This document shows, one piece after another, positions 25,616 to 34,249 of a stretch of DNA of 53,880 bases; within the stretch, counting starts at the first letter, position 1, and each line of letters opens with the position of its first letter. The DNA lies in the NCBI GenBank assembly GCA_004524535.1, contig SDNY01000006.1, positions 1 to 53,880 of the forward strand, in the 5' to 3' direction. The notes beneath the pieces are model-generated. The model was not told the DNA's origin, did no database searches, and saw only the letters and a list, made by a program, of their open reading frames with translations. Origin of the DNA: Promethearchaeota archaeon. Lineage in GTDB: Archaea; Asgardarchaeota; Lokiarchaeia; Sigyniarchaeales; SOKP01. The translations under genes and the position numbers were made by a program.

Positions 25616-25655
25616 CTTTTAGTATTATAGACTTTTTAACATAAAAATAAAAGAA

Positions 25656-26774
25656 TTACTTGCGAAATAGATCATCTGCCATAATTTCAGCTGGTTTAAA
25701 TATATCTGTGACTCCATCCCATTTTATTAAGATATTATGATAAAGAGTTTCAAATTTATCAACAAAATCTTTTAATACAACCTTAGGAAAATTTAGTTCT
25801 TCTGAAGTATACAATATACCAGATACAAGTTGTCCTTGATAGATAATCACATTTTCTCCTTTCTTTTGTAAGACCGAAATACCATGTTGATGCTGACCAG
25901 TTTCACTTAGTTCGTCAAGCATTATATTTATGCTGGTAATTGCGGCAGAAATTAAATTTTCATCCACTAAATCTTTTCTTTCACTGAAAACTTTATAATA
26001 AATGCAAATACCTGCATCATTTACTAGGAAAACAGCTTCTATTTTATCTTGCCAATCAAATTCAGAAAATGGTGGTAAGGTCAAAAAATAATAAGATAGT
26101 ACTACAACAGATAATAATTGAATAATAGCACCAATCATTCGACCCTCAAGACCGAAAACCGATATTAAGGCGTCTGTAGTAAGCCCAAATCCAAATATCA
26201 TTAAGAAAAATCCGCTAAAAAGCAATATCGTGGTTTTTCCTGACTTTTTTATAAATTTTATCAAATATATAGCAAAAAAAAATAAAAAACTACTCCAATA
26301 TATATATGTTACCGTTTGAGTTATCCTAATATCGATGAAAAACAAGATCGAAAACAATATGGCACATATTAAAAAGATCGTTGTAAATACATATTTTTTA
26401 AATAGAAATACAATATATTTTTCAACACATAAAAGATAAATCATCGTAAAAGAAATCATTGAAAAATACCCTAAATTTAAGAAAAATGCTCGTGCACTTC
26501 CACTTCTCCAAATAAGAAAGGGAGATACAATATTGTCTGGAACAAAGTAATCCCCTAAAATAAAAAAAAACCACATTAGTGAAAAGCCGAAAAATAACGA
26601 AAAATATCCGACATCTTGTAAATTTCTCAATGTTTTTTCTTGTTTGAAATATCGCACTAAAAAAATAAGACTAATTTCAAACCCCGTAGTTATGAAAATC
26701 CATTCCATTATCAATAATGGTAATCTTAAATCTCCACTTATTGGGAATTCTAAAAACAGCATGTTAATATTCAC
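25656..26774 (-). CDS. 7TM membrane protein with C-terminal longin/roadblock-like domain (paralog 2)
   Basis: Same length (372 aa) as, and visibly highly similar at DNA level to, 24497..25615. Confidence 0.7.
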   Translation of the reverse strand: MNINMLFLEFPISGDLRLPLLIMEWIFITTGFEISLIFLVRYFKQEKTLRNLQDVGYFSLFFGFSLMWFFFILGDYFVPDNIVSPFLIWRSGSARAFFLNLGYFSMISFTMIYLLCVEKYIVFLFKKYVFTTIFLICAILFSILFFIDIRITQTVTYIYWSSFLFFFAIYLIKFIKKSGKTTILLFSGFFLMIFGFGLTTDALISVFGLEGRMIGAIIQLLSVVVLSYYFLTLPPFSEFDWQDKIEAVFLVNDAGICIYYKVFSERKDLVDENLISAAITSINIMLDELSETGQHQHGISVLQKKGENVIIYQGQLVSGILYTSEELNFPKVVLKDFVDKFETLYHNILIKWDGVTDIFKPAEIMADDLFRK

Positions 26775-26776
26775 AT

Positions 26777-27892
26777 TTAGTATAATAGACCTTTTATTAT
26801 TAAATCAAAACTTCCAAAAAGTTGTTCTTCACTTCCTATAAAACTATCTACTTCACTTAATATTTCTTTATAAAAAGCTTCAAACTGATTTTTAATAGTT
26901 TTTAAAAAAAAACGATTGCTATCTAAATCTTCTTTAACGATTAAGGCGTAAGCTATTTGAAGGGGGGATCTAGTTCCATATTCTAATAAAATAAGTGAAT
27001 CAGCTTGTTTAATTTTATTCATTTTTTCACCTTCCGTTTTCGTTATAGCTGAAAGAATGCTGTCGATTCCAGTAATGCCACCTGAAAATAACCTCTTATA
27101 ATCTTTGTGTTTAGATTTAAGTTCAGAGAAATCATAACTATAAAGACTAGTATGATTTTTTTGGTCGATAATAAGTAGTCTTAATAAATTATCTTTCCAT
27201 TTTAGTTCATAAAAAGCAGGGAACGAATGAACACCTAATAATACAATAATAAGACCTGCCATCAATAAAGAAATCCCCATGAAAATAAGAATATTTAAGG
27301 GATAAAAACCTGCAATTATCTCCATTACAACAAATAAGGATATTATACTTAAATCAGTACCAATAAAAATTAATAATAATCTATTTTTAATAATTCCTTT
27401 AGAAGTGTTAATTAATCTGATTTGAAAAATTAGAAAGTATATTAAAATTGCTGATAGTATTATTGTAACTATTAAAAATGTGAAAAGCTCACTTGAAGGT
27501 AAAAGAATTACAACAATAATCGGAATTAGATTAATGATTATTAGAGATTTCGCGATTTTTGTATTAATTATTTTTGAAAATTCTTTAATACTAATAAAAA
27601 ATAAAAGTGCTATAGTAGAAAGAAACATTGAAACATATCCAAATTTGTAAATGATTTCTGTCCAGATAGGATCCAAAATAAAAAGTCTATTAATAGCTAA
27701 AATAAAATCACTAATAATAAAAAATATAAAAAACACTCCAAATGACAATAATATCATATTTAAAGGGAGTCGTTCGTCTCTGATTTTATAATATCGATAA
27801 AGAAAATATATTACTAATTGAATCCCTAATATTGTGGTAGTTAAATAAAATAAGAGTTCAATCTCTTGAATTTTATTCAATTGGAACAACAT
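26777..27892 (-). CDS. 7TM membrane protein with C-terminal longin/roadblock-like domain (divergent paralog 1)
   Basis: Seven hydrophobic segments, PAFYELKW linker (compare PPFSEFDW), LFSGGITGI..FE..Y. Confidence 0.68.
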   Translation of the reverse strand: MLFQLNKIQEIELLFYLTTTILGIQLVIYFLYRYYKIRDERLPLNMILLSFGVFFIFFIISDFILAINRLFILDPIWTEIIYKFGYVSMFLSTIALLFFISIKEFSKIINTKIAKSLIIINLIPIIVVILLPSSELFTFLIVTIILSAILIYFLIFQIRLINTSKGIIKNRLLLIFIGTDLSIISLFVVMEIIAGFYPLNILIFMGISLLMAGLIIVLLGVHSFPAFYELKWKDNLLRLLIIDQKNHTSLYSYDFSELKSKHKDYKRLFSGGITGIDSILSAITKTEGEKMNKIKQADSLILLEYGTRSPLQIAYALIVKEDLDSNRFFLKTIKNQFEAFYKEILSEVDSFIGSEEQLFGSFDLIIKGLLY

Positions 27893-28235
27893 GGTTAGTT
27901 AAAGCATATTAATTATATCAAAAGTATAGTCAAATATATAAATAGTTTTAGGTTTTACCAATCAAGGTTCATTTTTAAAACAATAAAAGGCGGAAAATTT
28001 TAAATGATATCTTTGAAGAATCCCTTGCAGACACATCATTTAAAGTATTATCACAAATCGTTCAATATCTAGCTGAAAAACAGTTTAGTTTTTAATGAAA
28101 TTCTTTCCTTTCAAAATGTCTTAATAATTGATAATCCTTTATAAAAAAATTTTTATGAAAACATATATTTTGTTTTCTATCTAGTTTGTGATTAAAATTT
28201 AAATTAAATCGCAAATTAAGATTAACATCATCTAT

Positions 28236-28398
28236 GCCAACGTGGCGTAGCCCGGAAAAAACTAGACTCTCCTAGTATTGGGTAGGAACGCACCAGATTC
28301 CTCGGAATTACCGATAAAGGTGAAACTGAAGATCTGGGTATCGAGAAAATTCGAGAGATTCTCTCGATTTCGATAAGGTTCAAATCCCTCCGTTGGCA
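28236..28398 (+). tRNA. tRNA-Phe(GAA) with three non-canonical BHB introns: 28256..28285 (19/20), 28297..28324 (30/31), 28346..28376 (51/52)
   Basis: Spliced product GCCAACG TG GCGT AGCCCGGGA ACGC A CCAGA CTGAAGA TCTGG GTATC GAGGG TTCAAAT CCCTC CGTTGGC A is a complete cloverleaf. Confidence 0.9.
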
Positions 28399-28428
28399 TT
28401 GGTCATTGGAGGTTTTAGTAAACCTCCT

Positions 28429-28632
28429 CTATTTTTTATAGTAATTTGGATGACGAGATTTAACAGTATTCATTTTACCTCTAAGCTGATGACTTTTATA
28501 ATTTAAAAAAGTTTGATATAATTCAATTGTATTAGGAGCTCTTCCATACTTTTTATAAAAATCATCTATATAATCATAGATATCTTGATCATTTTTCTCC
28601 TCTCCTCGATATAAGCAATTTTTTTCCATCAT
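28429..28632 (-). pseudogene. Short HTH-like ORF remnant next to tRNA-Phe
   Basis: IYDYIDDFYKKYGRAPNTIEL resembles a LexA-type N-terminal helix; the same frame upstream contains two TAA stops. Confidence 0.35.
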
Positions 28633-28743
28633 CTCATCAATTTGAGAATTAGATTATATGTAAAAATATTAAAAGAAATCTTCCATTGTTGTTGTTTATA
28701 TGTTTTATTCAATAACAACATTATTATTATCTTAATCTATAAT

Positions 28744-29490
28744 ATGTCAAAGAAAAGAAAGACTCGAGTAAAGCGTGGTCATCCCGTTTCATTACTCATT
28801 GGATTACATGATGATCGCGCAGTATTTTGGAGAATTTTCAGTGAAACTGTAAGAGCAGATATCATAATAAAGCGTGGAAGAAAAAGAAAATATCAAGATA
28901 ACAAACAATTATACCATTTTCATGAGGAGATTGTGGATAAAATAAGATCAGTTATAAAAGAAGGTATAAAAAGTAACTTAATTGTATCCCCTCCGAAAAA
29001 GGAATACTCAAAAGAGTTTTTAAGTCACGTTAAGAAGCATCATTCATGGTTATTAAAAAAGGGGAAAAATACGGTTGTTTTTAATGAAATAGTAGGTTCA
29101 GCAAACACTCAAGAAGAGGTATCTTATCTCGTAAAAAATGCGTATTTCAAAGAAGCGGTTGAAGATGTATCAAACCAAGAAGCGATGTTAATATTAGAAG
29201 ATCTGGATGAATTAATAAACAAACCCAATAAATACTCCAAAATTCTTTATACATTGGCAGAAATTGAAAGAGAAATAGATAAAAAATGGAAAAATTATGA
29301 AAGTAAGCCTAATTATATAATCCTAACAGATGAGTATCTTGAAAATCATAGGAAAAGAAATAGAACTTATCGAATATTACAAATCGCAAAAAATCACGGG
29401 ATTAAAACTAAAATTGTGAATGCTGAATCGGACGCTGGAAAAAAAGTAGAAATGTTTGGTGGGTTAGTTTGCTTTACAAAAAGAGACTAA
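28744..29490 (+). CDS. Pelota/eRF1 domain 2-3-like protein lacking the N-terminal domain
   Basis: C-terminal IVNAESDAGKKVEMFGGLV resembles the pelota/eRF1 domain 3 end; ATG 28744 preferred over the upstream TTG. Confidence 0.6.
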   Translation: MSKKRKTRVKRGHPVSLLIGLHDDRAVFWRIFSETVRADIIIKRGRKRKYQDNKQLYHFHEEIVDKIRSVIKEGIKSNLIVSPPKKEYSKEFLSHVKKHHSWLLKKGKNTVVFNEIVGSANTQEEVSYLVKNAYFKEAVEDVSNQEAMLILEDLDELINKPNKYSKILYTLAEIEREIDKKWKNYESKPNYIILTDEYLENHRKRNRTYRILQIAKNHGIKTKIVNAESDAGKKVEMFGGLVCFTKRD

Positions 29491-29576
29491 TCATGGATCT
29501 TTCTTATTAGTAGACCTTTTTGTAAAGAAGTTGTCCAAACGAGTATTAAGGATAGTTTTAGAATATTTACAATTCT

Positions 29577-30107
29577 TTATGCTTTGAATTGTTGGTTCAT
29601 ATTCTTACTCGTTAGTTCAAAACCGATTTCAATATTCGGGATTTTTTCAGATTCTATTGCGATATTATGTTTTCCTTCGGTTAATTTTCCCAAAAAGGCA
29701 TCATCCAATTTGAACATAACAGTGATCTGATCTCCCATAGCAATAGTTCTCCCTCCCATCTTGCCATCCAGAGCATCATCAAAAGAAAAAGAATCTCCCT
29801 TATGAAGAATGCGTAAACTTTGCTTAATTAATTCGACATTTGGTGATCCTTTAGAAATATCAATCTGATCTCCATTTAGGAATAACTTAACATACTCTGA
29901 GGGGTCAATCTCATCGACATTGATATCCCCTAAATCTGCTTTTGCGGGGATCTCAAATGGAGCAAACAAATTAAGGGCAACAATTTTTATCATATCAGCT
30001 TTTCCGTCTCCGGTTGTGTCTACTGTGAAGACGCTTTTTTTCGGTGGAAATAATTTCTTTATCATGGCTGTTGGAACCTTGAGGTTTTTTAAATCTTCTA
30101 ATTTCAT
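29577..30107 (-). CDS. Hypothetical protein
   Basis: 176-aa ORF with normal composition; one DTTGDG motif. Confidence 0.7.
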   Translation of the reverse strand: MKLEDLKNLKVPTAMIKKLFPPKKSVFTVDTTGDGKADMIKIVALNLFAPFEIPAKADLGDINVDEIDPSEYVKLFLNGDQIDISKGSPNVELIKQSLRILHKGDSFSFDDALDGKMGGRTIAMGDQITVMFKLDDAFLGKLTEGKHNIAIESEKIPNIEIGFELTSKNMNQQFKA

Positions 30108-30210
30108 TACTAATCAACCTACAAATTTTTTTCGCATCTAATATTTAATATTTTTTTAAGATTATTTTATTAAAAAATCGGGATTAAATTTTAATTTATG
30201 GTATAGTAAT

Positions 30211-31233
30211 TTATTTATCTACTTCTGAGATTTTTACGGGGCGATTCTCTTCATATGATTTTTGAGCGGCCATTGCTACTAAAACATTTTGAAGACCATC
30301 ATCTCCATTAGGATAAGGTATCTGATTATTTTTAAGGCATTCAAAGAAATACTTAAGTTCAGTTGCGTATGACTCCACATATCGTTCCAAGAAAAAGTAT
30401 GGAATCTTGTCGATGTTTGTACAATCGGCAGTGTAGATTCTGACTGTATTGGTGGCTTCGTTATCTGCCAATACACAACCTCTCGAGCCAAAAACTTCAA
30501 CACGTTGGTCATAACCATAGACCGCTTGACGTGTATTGTCAATTATTCCAATCGCTCCATTTCTGAATTTCAAAACTGCTACTGCTGTGTCAATATCTCC
30601 AGCTTTTCCAATTTCAGGGTCAACTAATACCGCTCCGCTTGCATATACTTCTTCCACTTCACTGCCTGCTTGGTATCGTGCCATATCCCAATCATGTATA
30701 GTCATATCTAAGAAAATCCCACCGCTAACTTTTATGTATTCTATTGGAGGGGGAGCCGGATCCCGAGAAGTTATTTTAATAATCTGGGGTGTACCTACTT
30801 GCCCTGAACTAATTGCTTCATGAACTCGCATGAAATTACGGTCAAAGCGTCTATTAAATCCAACCATTAATTTTACGCCCTCATTTTTAACTATTTCAAG
30901 CGTCTTTTTAATCCTATCAATATCTACATCAATAGGCTTTTCACAAAAAATATGCTTTTTTGATTTGGCGGCTTCTTGAATATAATTAGCGTGTGTATCT
31001 GTAGAGGAAGCAATTAATACAACATCAATTTCAGGATCGGAAAAGATTTCATTAGAATCTGTTGTGAGTTTTAATATACCTCTCTCATCAGCCCATTGTT
31101 TCAATTTATCATCTACGTTCACATCCGAAATGATTTTTAAAGAAATATCAGGGACTTTTCGTAATAGATTTTCGATATGTAGTTTGCCGATGCGTCCAGC
31201 ACCAATTACACCAACTACAAATTTTTTAACCAT
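30211..31233 (-). CDS. iolG: Inositol 2-dehydrogenase (Gfo/Idh/MocA family)
   Basis: GAGRIG, CEKP, GFNRRFD, SRDP, DMTIHD, YGYDQRVEVFGS. Confidence 0.9.
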   Translation of the reverse strand: MVKKFVVGVIGAGRIGKLHIENLLRKVPDISLKIISDVNVDDKLKQWADERGILKLTTDSNEIFSDPEIDVVLIASSTDTHANYIQEAAKSKKHIFCEKPIDVDIDRIKKTLEIVKNEGVKLMVGFNRRFDRNFMRVHEAISSGQVGTPQIIKITSRDPAPPPIEYIKVSGGIFLDMTIHDWDMARYQAGSEVEEVYASGAVLVDPEIGKAGDIDTAVAVLKFRNGAIGIIDNTRQAVYGYDQRVEVFGSRGCVLADNEATNTVRIYTADCTNIDKIPYFFLERYVESYATELKYFFECLKNNQIPYPNGDDGLQNVLVAMAAQKSYEENRPVKISEVDK

Positions 31234-31418
31234 AATAAATCTCCTAATTTATTGAAGTCTTTTTAGTTAAATCATTAAATATAAGTTTAAGAAGAGATTT
31301 TTTTGATAATAATTTTTCGTTTGAGCTTCCCAATAGTTTGGTTTTAATTCTAATGGAACTTAATATTAGATTATAAACATCTTTAAAAATTTAAATTAAA
31401 TAAATTTTAAGTGATTTT

Positions 31419-32615
31419 ATGAGTGAAATTAAAGTTTATGGATACAGATGGATTGTTCTACTATTATTCATGTTCGTAAATATAACAACTCAAATACTCT
31501 GGATAGGCTACGCTTCAGTGACTTCTTATGCAACTGCATTTTATGGTGTAGAAGAACTGATGATTTTTCTCCTTTCAGCAATGTTCATGATAGTCTATAT
31601 TCCCGTAACTTTTCTTGCATCATGGGTCATTGATAAATACGATTTTAAAATCGGGGCTGGAGTTGGAGCAATAATAGCAGGGATTTTTGGATTATTACGC
31701 TTTTTTGCTGGGACAAATTTTATGCTTGCTTTAATATTTACAATCGGAATCGCTTTTGGTCAACCCTTCATTTTAAATAGTATAACAAAATTACCTGCAA
31801 ATTGGTTTCCTGCAGACGAGCGGACCAGCGCTGCAGGACTTGCCATGGTTGCGCAGTTTGTTGGCATTGCATTGGGTTTAGTTATTACACCTTTTATCGT
31901 TGAAGGGATTAATTTTCAAACGATGATACTCATCTATGGGATATTAAGCGTAATTTCAGCAGGATTATTTTTGGTATTCGCAAAAAACGAACCTCCCACA
32001 CCACCTTCAACTGATCGGACACGAGAAAAAGTAATGATGGGAGAAGGAATGAAACAGCTGTTCAAAAACAAGTACTTTCTTATACTATTTATTATGTTTT
32101 TCTTAGGACTGGGTATTTTTAACATGATTGCGACTTATGTCGAGGTGATTTTAATTCCAAGAGATTTTGATTCTATTTTCGCAGGATTATTTGGAGGTTT
32201 AATGCTACTTGGTGGAATAGTAGGATGCATAGTAATGTCCACAATATCTGATAAATACCATAAATATAAACCTCTAATAATAATATCAATCATAATCGCT
32301 GCGATTTCATTATTTGGTATAGCATTTTCGCAAGATGGAACTCTATTACTTATTTTTGCGTTTTGCTTTGGATTTGGTTTGCTTTCTGCAGCACCCGTTG
32401 CATTAGAATATGCTGTAGATCTTACACATCCCGTTCCAGAAGCAACCTCGAATGGAGCTCTCATGATGATCGGACAAGTCGGAGGTATTATATTTATCTT
32501 AGGCTTAGAAGGCTTTACGATTGATGGTGATTATTTACCAGCATTACTATTGCAAGCAATTTTACTTGTGATTCTATTAATTATAGCGTTTTTTCTGAAG
32601 GAAAAAAAACCTTAA
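31419..32615 (+). CDS. MFS transporter (FLVCR-like)
   Basis: KVYGYRW start, about 12 TMs, QPF..NWFP..ER. Confidence 0.88.
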   Translation: MSEIKVYGYRWIVLLLFMFVNITTQILWIGYASVTSYATAFYGVEELMIFLLSAMFMIVYIPVTFLASWVIDKYDFKIGAGVGAIIAGIFGLLRFFAGTNFMLALIFTIGIAFGQPFILNSITKLPANWFPADERTSAAGLAMVAQFVGIALGLVITPFIVEGINFQTMILIYGILSVISAGLFLVFAKNEPPTPPSTDRTREKVMMGEGMKQLFKNKYFLILFIMFFLGLGIFNMIATYVEVILIPRDFDSIFAGLFGGLMLLGGIVGCIVMSTISDKYHKYKPLIIISIIIAAISLFGIAFSQDGTLLLIFAFCFGFGLLSAAPVALEYAVDLTHPVPEATSNGALMMIGQVGGIIFILGLEGFTIDGDYLPALLLQAILLVILLIIAFFLKEKKP

Positions 32616-32801
32616 ATAAAAATTTTTTTTTGGATTATTATCTGTTGAGTTTTGAAATAAATTAGAAAAGGTCTTAAAATTCCAATCTATAAATGATTAA
32701 TAAAAATTAAAAAATAACAATCTACATTAACCAGAAAATCTTTAGTTCTTATTTTTTATTAATAATACCTTTTTTTACAGTTAAATAATATCATACTTAA
32801 T

Positions 32802-33143
32802 ATGATTAAGCTTATAATTTCTAAAATATTTCAAGATTATCCTGAGCCGGATTACCCCGAAAATAATCCTTATAATACTATAATGGGATTTGGAAATACG
32901 CTTCTATTCATTATAATTATTATTATCGTATGGTTCATAGTTAGTTCATTATTAGCATATTGGACTTATAAGGATATAAAAAAAAAGCAGCTTACTGGAT
33001 ATAAATACGTTCCGATTGTATTTTTTACTAGTTTTATAGGATTGGTTATTTATTATATTGTAAGATACAATGAAAAGTGTGCTCTTGAATTTGATGAGGA
33101 AGCATGTTTATTAGAGGATGATTCAGAAAACCAAAATCAATAA
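32802..33143 (+). CDS. Small two-TM membrane protein
   Basis: LAYWTYKD..IGLVIYYIVR, PLDc_N-like pattern. Confidence 0.65.
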   Translation: MIKLIISKIFQDYPEPDYPENNPYNTIMGFGNTLLFIIIIIIVWFIVSSLLAYWTYKDIKKKQLTGYKYVPIVFFTSFIGLVIYYIVRYNEKCALEFDEEACLLEDDSENQNQ

Positions 33144-33209
33144 GATATCGGTTTATAAGACTTCTATATTTTTATCTCTTCTTCCAAATTGGTATTCAAA
33201 GATCTATAA

Positions 33210-34025
33210 TTATAAAATCCTTTTTAAATATTCTGATGATTCTTTAGCCACATCTTCAAAAGAAGGCTTCATTATCGATTCAATTGACGCAAATCCTTTA
33301 AATTCAGATTCTTTAAAGATATTTAAGAAGGATTTAAAATCAAAATGGCCTGTACCTGGAGCCCGCCTATTATCATCTGATAAATGCAGATGAGCAACGT
33401 ATGGAATGATATCTTTCATATCTTCCCAAATAAATATCGGATCTTCTTCTAAATAAGTATGAAATGAATCGATTAATAGTTTTAAGTTGTCTGATCCAAT
33501 TTCTTCTAATAGTTCTATTGATTCTGAAATTGTGTTGTAAGAATCTATTTCAAACCTGTTGATCGGCTCAAATAACAATTCCACATTGTTATTTTCTGCG
33601 ATTCTACAACATTCTTTTAGTGAATGTATAATATTCAATTTTTCTTTTTTAGGACTACTTTGAGAACTATAACGCCCTCTAATTAAGCCAATGATTACTT
33701 TTGATTGCACTTCTCGAGCAAAATCAATATATTTTTCAAGCCTTTCAATAGCCTTTATTCTTATGTTTTCTTCTACATGCCCTAGGGAATAACCAAAACG
33801 GAGATAGGTGGCGCCAGTCCCTATTGCGGGAATCTCCATGTCATAAGAATCTTTAATTTCAATTAGTTTATTTGTATCAATCTTTTCTGGTTCTAATAAG
33901 CTTAGTTCAATGCCATTAAAATTTAGGGGTTTTAACAATTCACATAAATTTTTGAATCTTTCATTGATTTTCTCTTGATTGCTCTTGGATTCTTCCAATC
34001 CAGAAACAATACTTAATTTCATCAT
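33210..34025 (-). CDS. Sugar phosphate isomerase/epimerase (xylose-isomerase-like TIM barrel, IolO/DTE-like)
   Basis: GIEL, EPINRFE, DSFH, HLSDDNRRAPGTGH, SIE. Confidence 0.87.
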   Translation of the reverse strand: MMKLSIVSGLEESKSNQEKINERFKNLCELLKPLNFNGIELSLLEPEKIDTNKLIEIKDSYDMEIPAIGTGATYLRFGYSLGHVEENIRIKAIERLEKYIDFAREVQSKVIIGLIRGRYSSQSSPKKEKLNIIHSLKECCRIAENNNVELLFEPINRFEIDSYNTISESIELLEEIGSDNLKLLIDSFHTYLEEDPIFIWEDMKDIIPYVAHLHLSDDNRRAPGTGHFDFKSFLNIFKESEFKGFASIESIMKPSFEDVAKESSEYLKRIL

Positions 34026-34249
34026 TATCTTATTATGTTTGTTTTATTAAAAGCTTTGACTTGGATGTAAAATAATTATGATGAATAAAATACTCGTCTG
34101 GAAGTCATATTTATAAAAGGCAAATATTATATAGAGAATAATGATAAATTTATAAAATTAGAATTTATTGGTAATAAGGATATAGGGAATTAAATAATCA
34201 AAAATTAGCCTACAAATCTTTTATATAGGAAAAAAAAGGAGTTTCTAAT

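Noticed and set aside
27985-28096. Coding-like fragment ILNDIFEESLADTSFKVLSQIVQYLAEKQFSF*
   Set aside because: No start codon or recognisable family; too short to call.
28642-28743. N-terminal extensions of ORFs 28642, 43068 and 51428 from upstream TTG starts
   Set aside because: Low-complexity or overlapping sequence; downstream ATGs (28744, 43080, 51545) are better starts.
34078-34115. C/D-box sRNA (ATGATGA)
   Set aside because: No properly placed CTGA D or D' boxes.
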